Of a DNA stretch of 64,000 bases, positions 22,336 to 31,943 are shown piece after piece. The stretch is from Oculatellaceae cyanobacterium bins.114. Its GTDB lineage: Bacteria; Cyanobacteriota; Cyanobacteriia; Elainellales; Elainellaceae. Location of the stretch: NCBI GenBank assembly GCA_033764315.1, contig JANRJA010000193.1, positions 49,119 to 113,118 on the forward strand. Direction: 5' to 3'. The notes under the pieces are model-generated. The model had not been told where the DNA came from. It ran no database searches and saw only the letters and a program-made list of their open reading frames with translations. A program made the position numbers and the translations under genes. How positions within the stretch are numbered: the stretch's first letter is position 1; each line of letters opens with the position of its first letter.

Positions 22336-22582
22336 TCGATCTCTACGGGGTTGCTCCGTAATGTTGTCTTTCATCTCTACAATGCAGTGCTTAATGCTAC
22401 TCCGACCGGAGGAAGCAACAGCGGTCGTTGGAGTTAGAATTAATGTATGCATAGATATAACAGTGTGAATTTTTTCATGCTAGTTTTTCAAAAAAGTTCT
22501 CTTACACTAGATAAGAGACTGCTTTTGTAAAGTTGAGTTGCAATCCTGTCGCTAACCTTAATCAAATTTAAAACTACCACCT

Positions 22583-22831
22583 ATGCTTGTCGATGCCCAA
22601 GTCATCCGTTATTACCAAAAGGTCACTGATGCCCTCAACGAGCAGTGGAATCGAGGCTATCGATTCGATGAACTCCGACTCTACCTTGATGGCTACCTTG
22701 CTGCCTTACGGCATAGTAATGCTCTTGAGCCTTTTTTAATTCACCGACTTGAGGAGGAGGCTATTCGCTATCTCTACGATCAATCTAACTTTGAAACTCC
22801 CCAACCTCAATCTGAGCGTGACTACTACTAA
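22583..22831 (+). CDS. Conserved small cyanobacterial protein (DUF6761-like)
   Basis: IRYYQK.TDA...GY...ELRLYLDGYLAAL; divergent from nrrA. Confidence 0.8.
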   Translation: MLVDAQVIRYYQKVTDALNEQWNRGYRFDELRLYLDGYLAALRHSNALEPFLIHRLEEEAIRYLYDQSNFETPQPQSERDYY

Positions 22832-22931
22832 TTTGACTAGCTCTAGGAAAATGGTGGATGAGTTTTGGGCGGCAACTACTAAATTTAGACTTGTTAAATA
22901 GAGATTACCTCAAAAAAGTTTGATAAAAAAT

Positions 22932-22980
22932 ATCCCCTTCTGAGCGGTGAGTTACCTCAACTAGAAGGGGATTTGCTTTT
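22932..22980 (+). terminator. Probable terminator
   Basis: ATCCCCTTCT...AGAAGGGGAT followed by T-rich run. Confidence 0.5.
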
Positions 22981-22981
22981 G

Positions 22982-23060
22982 GTAGTCCTAAACGAGTCAG
23001 GATGTGCCGCGCGGAGCGCGGCACATCCAGACTCAAAAATAATTACTTTTAGTGGACTAT
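22982..23060. repeat. REP/MITE-like element with TAGTCC...GGACTA ends and a long internal hairpin
   Basis: GAGTC.GGATGTGCCGCGC-GGA-GCGCGGCACATCC.GACTC; short derivative at 41107-41144. Confidence 0.7.
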
Positions 23061-23109
23061 CTTGCTTTTTAAGTCTCTTCTGATGACATAACCCAAGCAG
23101 GGACAATTG

Positions 23110-23442
23110 CTAAGAAGCTAAAGCCACCTCTAACATTTGCTGGAGTTCACCTTTTTGGTATAACTCAATCAGAATGTCAGAGCCACCGACAAACTGACCG
23201 TTTACGTATACCTGAGGAATTGTGGGCCAACTTGAGTATTCTTTGATACCTTGGCGAATATCGCCATCAGATAATACATCAACCGTTTCGTAGGGAACGC
23301 CCAACATGTTGAGAATCTGAACTACATTATTTGAGAAACCACACTGAGGCATCAGTTTGTTTCCCTTCATAAAGACAACAATCTTGTTTTGGTTAACGAT
23401 GGAATCAAGTCGTTCTTGCAATTCTGGGGTCATAGTACTCAC
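23110..23442 (-). CDS. grxD: Monothiol glutaredoxin (Grx4/GrxD)
   Basis: PQCGFS, WPTIPQ and GGSD motifs. Confidence 0.96.
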   Translation of the reverse strand: MSTMTPELQERLDSIVNQNKIVVFMKGNKLMPQCGFSNNVVQILNMLGVPYETVDVLSDGDIRQGIKEYSSWPTIPQVYVNGQFVGGSDILIELYQKGELQQMLEVALAS

Positions 23443-23477
23443 TCAAATGGCTGCTACAACTTCATACTACTGGGAAA

Positions 23478-23738
23478 TTAGGACGCTTGCTTTTCAACTG
23501 CCCAAGCTTGAGGGGTATAGGTTTTTAATGACAAAGCATGAATCGCTTCTGTAGACATTGCCTGCCTCACCGCACCATAAACGAGTTGATGTTGTTGCAC
23601 CAACCCCTTGCCGTCAAACGCAGACGAAACGACAACAACTTGATAATGGTCACCCCCACCCGTCAGATCCTGAATTTGGACTTGAGCATCTGGAAGGGTA
23701 GCTTTAATCATCGACTCAACCTGACTTGGACTAATCAT
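23478..23738 (-). CDS. bolA: BolA family protein (ATG at 23738)
   Basis: [20 protein letters not shown]; adjacent to grxD. Confidence 0.92.
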   Translation of the reverse strand: MISPSQVESMIKATLPDAQVQIQDLTGGGDHYQVVVVSSAFDGKGLVQQHQLVYGAVRQAMSTEAIHALSLKTYTPQAWAVEKQAS

Positions 23739-23920
23739 TCTTTCAACCTCAATAAACACTTGCTCTAGATCTGCAATTTTCGTTTTGTAGGATGAAGTGG
23801 CGGGAAATGCTTGATACTCCCACACCATTTCAATGGGGATGGGTCATCAAATAGCAGTGCTAAAAACGCTTTTAATCAACAACGTTTTTGAATGACGGTC
23901 CTATCTACCAGTTTAGAGGT

Positions 23921-24526
23921 TTAGTTACTCCGAGTTGGAGCAGGAGCACTAGAGGTTGGCTCATCTTGGCTACGAGGATAAGGAGAATCAACAAACCCTA
24001 ACTCAAATAGCTGCCGATAGGCTTGCTGACCTAAATCTCGAGTTGGCTGTTGGCTGCGAATAATCTGAACTAAGAGAGGAACTGCCAGTTCAGGTTTGTT
24101 TTGAGCGCGGTGTACTAGTGCCAACTGGTAGGTAGCCTGGTCACGATATTGAGCGGCATCAAGAGCCTGGCGACGTTGAGCATCAGCAATGCGGTTGTCA
24201 ATGCCAGAGAAGCTAGCTGCTAGTTCCTGGTAGAAATTGGAGAGTTGATTAAAAACTTGACGGGCTTCTTGCAGCTTACTGACGGCTAGGTCATAATTTT
24301 GGGCAGCTGCCGCAGTCCCGGCTTCGGTCATTAACCGTTGTCCGCCTCGCATGCTCAAAATGCTGCCGTCTTGAGCGAGAGGACGCAAATCATCTAAGTT
24401 AGGTTGAGTCCCATCTGGTGCGGATTGTGCCCACGCGGATGTGGCGGGAAGCACAGTAATGGCTGCTGTCACAGGCATAGACAGTAAAGAAGCCAAAGCA
24501 AGCGAGCGAACGAGTCCAGATACCAT
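23921..24526 (-). CDS. Conserved exported TPR-like hypothetical protein (ATG at 24526)
   Basis: Signal peptide ending AWA; helical repeats (YQLALVHRAQNKPELAVPLL). Confidence 0.7.
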   Translation of the reverse strand: MVSGLVRSLALASLLSMPVTAAITVLPATSAWAQSAPDGTQPNLDDLRPLAQDGSILSMRGGQRLMTEAGTAAAAQNYDLAVSKLQEARQVFNQLSNFYQELAASFSGIDNRIADAQRRQALDAAQYRDQATYQLALVHRAQNKPELAVPLLVQIIRSQQPTRDLGQQAYRQLFELGFVDSPYPRSQDEPTSSAPAPTRSN

Positions 24527-24832
24527 GAATTCTGCGTGTTGAGAAGTTGAACGACAGGAAACTAATTGTATCGATTGATCTAAAACCAAAACATAGTTAG
24601 TCTTCGGGTATATTATCATCCAACCTTGACTATGTTTTAAGTTCTTTTACAATTGCCAGATGGCTTCAACCGGAAGCTTGAAATTGAGGTAGAGAATGAT
24701 TGAGACTGAACAAATTCTCTTTAAGTTCCCTAGATTGAGCCTTAGCTCAGTCTTAAATAAATCCTGATTTGTAGGGGGCACTTCGTTCGGTGAGTGTAGG
24801 GTGTATTAGAAAATTGGAGATGAGATTTACTA

Positions 24833-27001
24833 ATGACTGGATCTGTCGTTCCACCAAACTCATCTGGAGCGGGTCAAGGCGTTGCCCCTGAAAACGAAGG
24901 GATAATTTTGCAGCGGGGAGGCGAAGAACTTGCCTTAGAAAAAGTGGGCGATCGCTTCACAGTTCGCTTGATCGAAGGTCGAAATTCTCAGGCTCTGGCG
25001 CAACAAGTGGGGGCTCGTGGGGTTCAGCTAATTGAGAGCGTGCAACTGGTTGAATTTCAGGTTGACCCGGCTCGTCTCGATCAAGGTATGCAATTGGCAC
25101 GCACTTCCGCAGATGTGGTGTTTGCCAGTCATGTCTATCGGTTGCAAAACAGCCCTAGTACTTTGGTTTATCTGACCGATCAAGTCACCGTGCAATTTGC
25201 GGGACAGGTCAATACAGCTAGTGTAGAGGCGATCGCCAATCCGTTGGGTTTACAGCGGGCACAGCCAGTGATAGGCATTCCTCAAACCTTTGTCTTTGAG
25301 TTGACCGATCGGGCGCGATCGAACCCGATTAAACTGGCAAATCAACTGATGCGTCGCCCTGAAGTGTTGACTGCCGAGCCAAATGTGGCTGTTAAAACCC
25401 AGTCTCTGTATCGCCCCCGTGATCCGGAATATCCCAAGCAGTGGTATCTGCATCACAGTGGTGGGTCAGAATTAGCTACCAATTCTCACATCTCGGTTGA
25501 AGCTGCCTGGGATATCACTCGTGGAGTGCGATCGATTATTGTAGCCATCACGGATGATGGCTTTGACCTCAACCACCCTGACTTTCAAGGGAAAGACAAA
25601 ATTGTTGCCCCTAGAGACTTAAAGCAAGGAGGAAACACCCCTTTCCCAGATGATGCAAATGAAAATCATGGGACTGCGTGTGCTGGGTTGGCGATCGCCG
25701 AAGAAAATAATGTGGGTATCGTTGGGGTTGCACCAGGATGCGCCTTTATGCCGATTCGCACAACCGGATTTTTAGACGATGAGGCGATCGAAGGTATTTT
25801 TAATTGGGCGATCCAAAATGGAGCCGCTGTCATCTCCTGTAGCTGGGGTTCCAGTCTCACCTATTACCCGCTTTCATTGCGACAGCGGGCCGTAATCACG
25901 CGTGCTGCTACGCAAGGGCGCAATGGCAAAGGCTGTGTGGTGGTATTTGCGGCGGGCAACTCTAATCGCCCCGTGAATGGGACGGTGAATGAACAGGGCT
26001 GGACTAATGATGTGTTGCGCGGGTCAACCTCTTGGCTGAGTGGGTTTGCCGTCCACCCCGATGTGATTGCGGTAGCTGCTTCGACCAGCCTTAACAAAAA
26101 GGCAGCCTATAGCAACTGGGGATCTAATATTTCGATCGCGGCTCCGAGCAACAATGCCCCACCTGGCGTTTATCTGCAAGATGTCGGCTACACCCATACT
26201 GGACCTCAAATTCGATCAGCGTTACCAGGGAAGGGGGTTTATTCAAGCGATCGCACAGGGGCAGCAGGCTATACCCCCAGCAACTTTACGGCTGACTTTG
26301 GTGGCACCTCTAGTGCTTGCCCCATCATTGCTGGCGTGGCAGCTCTGGTGTTGTCGATTAACCCCAACCTTACCGCCAAAGACGTCAAACAGATTTTGCA
26401 AGACAGTGCCGATAAAATTGTTGACCCCGACCCTGACCCTCAACTGGGTTTCCGACGAGGCACCTATGATGCCAATGGCCACTCTCAATGGTTTGGCTAC
26501 GGCAAAGTTAATGCCTTTAAAGCGGTGCAAATGGCTCAGCGTCGCCTCACTCCTCCCACACCCACTCCCAAGCCTCCAACTCCTACCCCTGTCACCCCGA
26601 CTCCTACCCCGACTCCTGCCGTTGTCACTCGCCGCATTCAGCAGCAAAACAACAACCCCTTCAACATTCCTGACTTTAACCCCCAAGGCATCTCTAGCCT
26701 GATTTCCATCAATGATGCCAGTCGCATCAAAGACCTTCAAGTTAACGTCGATATCGAACACAGCTTTTTGGGGGATTTAGAAATTAGTCTGATTTCCCCT
26801 CAAGGAGTCACAGTTCTGTTACAAAGTCGAATTTTGGGTCGGCAGACTCGCCTACAAAAAACTTACTCTCCTCAAACGACGCCATTTTTAGGACGGTTAA
26901 TCAACCAACCCGCAGCAGGACGATGGCAATTACAAATCATTGATTTTGCTCAACTCAACACAGGACGACTCAAGAGTTGGCAGTTGAATATCGGCGTGTA
27001 G
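24833..27001 (+). CDS. S8 subtilisin/kexin-like serine protease with Pro/Thr linker and C-terminal P-domain
   Basis: Catalytic D (AITDDG), H (HGTACAG), S (GGTSSACP); H..GDL.I.L.SP.G and G.W.L P-domain. Confidence 0.93.
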   Translation: MTGSVVPPNSSGAGQGVAPENEGIILQRGGEELALEKVGDRFTVRLIEGRNSQALAQQVGARGVQLIESVQLVEFQVDPARLDQGMQLARTSADVVFASHVYRLQNSPSTLVYLTDQVTVQFAGQVNTASVEAIANPLGLQRAQPVIGIPQTFVFELTDRARSNPIKLANQLMRRPEVLTAEPNVAVKTQSLYRPRDPEYPKQWYLHHSGGSELATNSHISVEAAWDITRGVRSIIVAITDDGFDLNHPDFQGKDKIVAPRDLKQGGNTPFPDDANENHGTACAGLAIAEENNVGIVGVAPGCAFMPIRTTGFLDDEAIEGIFNWAIQNGAAVISCSWGSSLTYYPLSLRQRAVITRAATQGRNGKGCVVVFAAGNSNRPVNGTVNEQGWTNDVLRGSTSWLSGFAVHPDVIAVAASTSLNKKAAYSNWGSNISIAAPSNNAPPGVYLQDVGYTHTGPQIRSALPGKGVYSSDRTGAAGYTPSNFTADFGGTSSACPIIAGVAALVLSINPNLTAKDVKQILQDSADKIVDPDPDPQLGFRRGTYDANGHSQWFGYGKVNAFKAVQMAQRRLTPPTPTPKPPTPTPVTPTPTPTPAVVTRRIQQQNNNPFNIPDFNPQGISSLISINDASRIKDLQVNVDIEHSFLGDLEISLISPQGVTVLLQSRILGRQTRLQKTYSPQTTPFLGRLINQPAAGRWQLQIIDFAQLNTGRLKSWQLNIGV

Positions 27002-27120
27002 GTGAGAAAGAGAAAAGAAAAAAGAAGGCTAAAGAATGAAGGATTAACAAAGCGGAAGAAGCCACTGGCTTAAGGTTCAACCCTAGTTAGACCAGCTATG
27101 GAGCGATCCAGTACTCACGG

Positions 27121-28140
27121 CTACGGGCTAATCGTAATTGACACGATTAAATTGCTGTAGACCGCTTCACCTCCACTAATAGCAGGCTTAAAGTCCCACC
27201 TTTTTACAAGACATTCAGCAAAGGCAGTATATTCCTGGCTTTCACCTGATAGCTCTTGTGGAAATGTTTGTTCAACTTGCCCTTGATTGTCGATTACCAC
27301 TTCTATAGACACCGTTTCACCAAAATAGCGAGTCACCTCTGGAGTGATGATGCATTCTGACTGAGCTGGGTCAGAAATGAATTCTTGGCTCTGTGTCATC
27401 GGTTCTGCAATTTGATCAGGAATGTCTCTGGCTTGACCAATGGGGAGAGGAGATGTCGTTATATTGGCGACGAAGCTGGCAGGTGCAGGATTTTGGCTGA
27501 TCGAGACTCCAGGTAAGTCAGAGCCTTCACTGCCCCCTCCAGAGGTGGGTTGACTGTTTCCGGCGTTTCCAGGAGGTTGTGTTGGAGTCGTCTGTCTAGA
27601 CGGTGTTGAGTTGTCTTGATTGGCTCCCGGTGAGGAGTCCGGATTAGATGAGTCAGCAGAATTAGATGGGTCAGCAGAGTCAGAAGATGAGGGGGGTGAC
27701 GAGGTTTGAGGTGAGTTGTCCTCTGCCGTTCCTCTGCGATCGCCCTCTGTAGAAGGAGATGGCGGAGATTCCGTAGTCGGGTTGGGCAAGACACTCGCTG
27801 AATCAGTGGGGGTGATCGATTCGGTTGGTGCTGTTGATAAAGATGGGTCAGGAGAACCCTGCGTTGCATTAGGGACAACCGTTGTCGCAGTATCCGGTGA
27901 CTGAGCTGTACCAGTCACAGAGGCATTTGTTGCAGTTAGATCGACCAACTCAATCGGCACAGGCTCAGAGCCTGATTGAGGAGCCGCTACTCTCATCATT
28001 AGAGGGATTGTAAATGCCAACAGCAAAAGATGGGCACCGACAGACCCAGCGATCGCCGCTGTCCACAGATGAGGAGACTCGACATGCCGCCGAGATACGG
28101 GCGACTGAGTAGAATCGGTAGCGTTGGGTAGTTGTACCAT
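27121..28140 (-). CDS. TonB-like energy transducer
   Basis: N-terminal TM with SxxxH, long Ser/Pro/Thr linker, TonB_C-like ID..G.V...W.FKPA..G..V. Confidence 0.7.
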   Translation of the reverse strand: MVQLPNATDSTQSPVSRRHVESPHLWTAAIAGSVGAHLLLLAFTIPLMMRVAAPQSGSEPVPIELVDLTATNASVTGTAQSPDTATTVVPNATQGSPDPSLSTAPTESITPTDSASVLPNPTTESPPSPSTEGDRRGTAEDNSPQTSSPPSSSDSADPSNSADSSNPDSSPGANQDNSTPSRQTTPTQPPGNAGNSQPTSGGGSEGSDLPGVSISQNPAPASFVANITTSPLPIGQARDIPDQIAEPMTQSQEFISDPAQSECIITPEVTRYFGETVSIEVVIDNQGQVEQTFPQELSGESQEYTAFAECLVKRWDFKPAISGGEAVYSNLIVSITISP

Positions 28141-28922
28141 GTCGAAAGCTCACATGCAAATCGGTCTTGTTGAAATAGGGGATGCTGAGCCAAAGAATCT
28201 CTCAAACCCGTTCCCAACCCGTCAACAACACCCACAGGCATTGCCACAAAAATCCCTGTTTGATCATAACGACTAGAGTGCGAGGTTCGTCAGCAATGGC
28301 GTGCCAGTTCTCAGAGTTCAACATTGCCCTACCTAATAAAGAACACTGAGTCAGCAACCCGCAACATTGATCAGGTGCAGAGCCCCCTGCACCTCGCCCA
28401 ATCCCCTCTTCAGTTGCTGTCGTGATCTCAACATAGAAACTTTGAGGTGAGCGGTGGAGCAAACTTTGTCCAACCCAGAGAGAAATAAACCCAGTGAGAA
28501 CTATCCATGACCTAAAACCTCATTTTGCAGAGTTCGTAACAATATATTTACAAATTTGCAAGTGTTCACTTCTATAAATTCCCTTAATCAGCGGAGAAAT
28601 TGTAAACAAATTGATAATTTCTGTTACAAAGCTCACGAACCGTTAACAATCGTCAAAAATATAAACGCTAATTATATAGAAGCAAAGAAGTTTCAAAGTT
28701 TCGCTTATTGAATTCCTGATATATTTTGGTTAATCCATCGGTTGGGGTTCTACACAAAGTTATTCATCGAATTACTGAAGTTGCCAGATTGATTTTTGCT
28801 CCAACCGACGCTGACCTAATTTGAAAGCACGAGTTGCCTTGGGGTTATGCACCCGCTTAGTTTTTGTAAGCGGGAGGGATTTTTATGTCTCGGATCTCTA
28901 ATGATTCACAGGAAGGGAAACA

Positions 28923-30353
28923 ATGTCTTATTCACAAACGAGAACCCAGGCAAAAGCCGGGTATAAGGCTGGGGTTCAAGATTATCGCTTAACGTACTAC
29001 ACGCCAGACTACACGCCAAAAGATACTGATATTTTGGCGGCGTTTCGGGTGACACCTCAGCCCGGTGTTCCTCCCGAAGAAGCAGCCGCAGCCGTTGCAG
29101 CTGAGTCTTCTACAGGTACGTGGACAACCGTATGGACGGATTTGTTGACTGACCTCGATCGCTACAAAGGTCGTTGCTATGACATCGAGCCTGTTCGGGG
29201 CGAAGACAGTCAGTTCATCGCTTACATTGCTTACCCACTCGATTTGTTTGAAGAAGGCTCTGTCACCAACCTGCTCACTTCTTTGGTTGGTAACGTATTC
29301 GGTTTCAAAGCTCTGAAAGCATTGCGTCTGGAAGACTTGCGGATTCCTGTGGCATACCTCAAGACCTTCCAAGGTCCTCCTCACGGAATTCAAGTTGAAC
29401 GTGACAAAATCAACAAATATGGTCGCCCATTATTAGGTTGCACCATCAAGCCGAAGCTTGGTTTGTCTGCTAAAAACTATGGTCGTGCCGTGTATGAGTG
29501 TCTTCGTGGTGGTCTAGATTTCACCAAAGATGACGAAAACATCAACTCCCAACCATTCCAACGTTGGCGCGATCGCGTCCTGTGTGTAGCCGATGCGATT
29601 CACAAGTCTCAAGCCGAAACGGGTGAAATCAAAGGTCACTACCTCAACGTTACCGCTGCGACTTGCGAAGAGATGCTAAAGCGGGCTGAGTATGCCAAAG
29701 AGCTGAAAATGCCCATCATCATGCATGACTTCTTAACCGCTGGCTTTACTGCCAACACCACATTGGCAAAATGGTGCCGCGACAATGGCTTGTTGCTTCA
29801 CATCCACCGTGCCATGCACGCGGTTATTGACCGTCAAAAGAACCACGGTATTCACTTCCGCGTTTTGGCGAAGTGCTTACGGATGTCTGGTGGTGACCAC
29901 ATCCACACCGGAACTGTCGTTGGTAAGTTAGAAGGAGACAAGGCAATCACCCTTGGTTTCATCGACCTGCTCCGCGAAAATTATATCGAGCGCGACCCCT
30001 CCCGTGGTGTTTACTTCACTCAAGACTGGGCTTCTATGCCGGGTGTGATGGCCGTTGCCTCCGGTGGTATCCACGTATGGCACATGCCTGCTCTAGTGGA
30101 AATTTTCGGCGATGACTCCGTGCTTCAGTTTGGTGGTGGTACGTTGGGTCACCCCTGGGGTAACGCACCTGGTGCAACTGCAAACCGCGTTGCATTAGAA
30201 GCTTGTGTTCAAGCTCGTAACGAAGGTCGTGACTTGATGCGCGAAGGCGGCGATATCATCCGCGATGCTTGCAAGTGGTCTCCTGAATTGGCAGCAGCTT
30301 GTGAACTGTGGAAGGAAATCAAGTTCGAGTTCGAGGCAGTTGATACCGTCTGA
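28923..30353 (+). CDS. rbcL: Rubisco large subunit, form IB
   Basis: [15 protein letters not shown] and QFGGGT motifs. Confidence 0.99.
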   Translation: MSYSQTRTQAKAGYKAGVQDYRLTYYTPDYTPKDTDILAAFRVTPQPGVPPEEAAAAVAAESSTGTWTTVWTDLLTDLDRYKGRCYDIEPVRGEDSQFIAYIAYPLDLFEEGSVTNLLTSLVGNVFGFKALKALRLEDLRIPVAYLKTFQGPPHGIQVERDKINKYGRPLLGCTIKPKLGLSAKNYGRAVYECLRGGLDFTKDDENINSQPFQRWRDRVLCVADAIHKSQAETGEIKGHYLNVTAATCEEMLKRAEYAKELKMPIIMHDFLTAGFTANTTLAKWCRDNGLLLHIHRAMHAVIDRQKNHGIHFRVLAKCLRMSGGDHIHTGTVVGKLEGDKAITLGFIDLLRENYIERDPSRGVYFTQDWASMPGVMAVASGGIHVWHMPALVEIFGDDSVLQFGGGTLGHPWGNAPGATANRVALEACVQARNEGRDLMREGGDIIRDACKWSPELAAACELWKEIKFEFEAVDTV

Positions 30354-30369
30354 TGAGGAGTTATGAATG

Positions 30370-30515
30370 ATGAGTTTTGAGTTTTGAGTGACGGAAAATT
30401 CTAGGTTTTTAAGCTTAAGTGTTTGAAACTTGGCATTCCCAGTTCTTAATTAAAGTCGCGAATTGTGCGTGACCGAACTCGACTCAAAATTCAAAGCTCA
30501 AAATTCAAAATTTTC
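30370..30515. repeat. Inverted pair of STRR heptamer tracts in the rbcL-rbcX spacer
   Basis: (GAGTTTT)n at about 30370-30389 facing (CAAAAYT)n at about 30482-30512. Confidence 0.7.
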
Positions 30516-30521
30516 CAACTC

Positions 30522-30926
30522 ATGGATCTCAAGCAGATTGCGAAAGATACCTCCAAAACAGTTATCAGTTACCTGACCTATCAGGCACTGCAAACGGTGC
30601 TGGCTCAACTGAGGGAGACGGATCCGCCGTTGGCGTTTTGGCTTCATCAGTTTTCATCAAAGGAAAAAATACAGAATGGCGAAGCTTATCTTCAAGCTTT
30701 GTTTAAGGAACGGCAGGCGATCGCATTTCGGATCTTGACGGTGCGAGAATACCTGGCAACTGAGATCTGTGATTTTCTTCCAGAGATGGTTCGGACTGGC
30801 ATTCAACAGGCAAATTTGCAGCAGCGCACTGAGCAGTTAGAGCGCATGACTCAATTGGATATCGTCGTTCCCAGCAATCATCCTGATCACCCATCTGGTT
30901 CAGATGAGCCAGAGGCTAAGAGTTAA
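30522..30926 (+). CDS. rbcX: Rubisco assembly chaperone RbcX (ATG at 30522)
   Basis: MDLKQIAKDT..SYLTYQA, RILTVRE; between rbcL and rbcS. Confidence 0.96.
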   Translation: MDLKQIAKDTSKTVISYLTYQALQTVLAQLRETDPPLAFWLHQFSSKEKIQNGEAYLQALFKERQAIAFRILTVREYLATEICDFLPEMVRTGIQQANLQQRTEQLERMTQLDIVVPSNHPDHPSGSDEPEAKS

Positions 30927-30980
30927 CCTTGCGGTGCTAATAGCCCAATTCAATCTAACCCTTCACGTATCTGAGGAATC

Positions 30981-31322
30981 ATGAAAACTTTACCTAAAGA
31001 GCGTCGTTTTGAGACTTTCTCTTACTTGCCTCCGTTGAGCGATGCTCAAATCGCTCGCCAGATTCAATACACGTTGGATCAAGGTTTTATTCCTGCGGTT
31101 GAGTTCAGCGAAAGCTCTGAACCCACTCAATACTACTGGACGATGTGGAAGTTGCCTTTGTTCAACGTCACTACTCCCCAAGAAGTGTTGAATGAAGTTC
31201 AGCAGTGCCGTTCTGACTACTCCAACAACTACATTCGTGTAGTGGCATTTGACAACATCAAGCAATGTCAGGTGATGAGCTTTATCGTTCACAAACCTAG
31301 TTCTGGTGGCTACCGCTACTAA
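30981..31322 (+). CDS. rbcS: Rubisco small subunit
   Basis: [23 protein letters not shown]. Confidence 0.99.
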   Translation: MKTLPKERRFETFSYLPPLSDAQIARQIQYTLDQGFIPAVEFSESSEPTQYYWTMWKLPLFNVTTPQEVLNEVQQCRSDYSNNYIRVVAFDNIKQCQVMSFIVHKPSSGGYRY

Positions 31323-31349
31323 GAGTTGACTTTACTTTCAGCTCAAATG

Positions 31350-31375
31350 AGGAGGTAGGAGACTACCTCCTTTTC
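31350..31375 (+). terminator. Rho-independent terminator after rbcS
   Basis: AGGAGGTAG-GAGA-CTACCTCCT then TTT. Confidence 0.8.
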
Positions 31376-31559
31376 TATGATCTTCTTTAGATCTCTGGCT
31401 CTTTTAAAAAAGCCGGGGATCTAATACCGATTCAAACAGATTTTTGGGCACATCGAAGTTCAGGAGAGGCTTGGCAGTACCAAGCCCGCACAGGGATCTA
31501 TTGTGCTCTTAATTCAAATTGGTGTGAATTCTTCTTTACAACTAGATAGTTGGCAAATC

Positions 31560-31703
31560 CGAGCATTGGGGGTAGCTTCCCCCAACCCCCCTCGCTGAGG
31601 GACAGCATCCGTCCCTCAGACTCCCTCGATAAGGGATGCTAGACCAGTGGCATGTCGCGCTTCGCATCGGTTCCCAGTTCGGGTGCTTTTTGAGAAGGCA
31701 AGA
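31560..31703. repeat. Dispersed composite repeat (second copy at about 36418-36524)
   Basis: Shared GCATTGGGGG..TCCCCCAA and CGCGCTTCGCATCGGTT.C.AGTTCGGGTG...GCAAGA blocks. Confidence 0.7.
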
Positions 31704-31766
31704 GGCAGATGGCAAAATGATGACCACTAACCACCTACCACTGATGATTGACCAAACTTAAAATTC

Positions 31767-31863
31767 AAAACTCAAAACTCAAAACTCAAAACTCAAAACT
31801 CAAAACTCAAAACTCAAAACTCAAAACTCAAAACTCAAAACTCAAAACTCAAAACTCAAAACT
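31767..31863 (+). repeat. STRR heptamer array (AAAACTC)x13 plus a partial unit
   Basis: 13 perfect units at 31767-31857, then AAAACT; degenerate units upstream. Confidence 0.95.
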
Positions 31864-31943
31864 TTTAACCTTCCCCTTTTTCCTTCCCTACAGACGCAAT
31901 TAATCCCGTCTCTTCCTAATCTCAGCACTCACTCTTTGTTGTT

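Noticed and set aside
26154-26761. Long alternative-frame and antisense ORFs inside the S8 protease (similar shadows in ClC, glnN, rbcL, puuE)
   Set aside because: No recognisable motifs; expected shadows of real genes
28202-28462. 86-aa ORF upstream of the TonB-like gene
   Set aside because: No recognisable family, and it includes a dispersed repeat; cannot be supported
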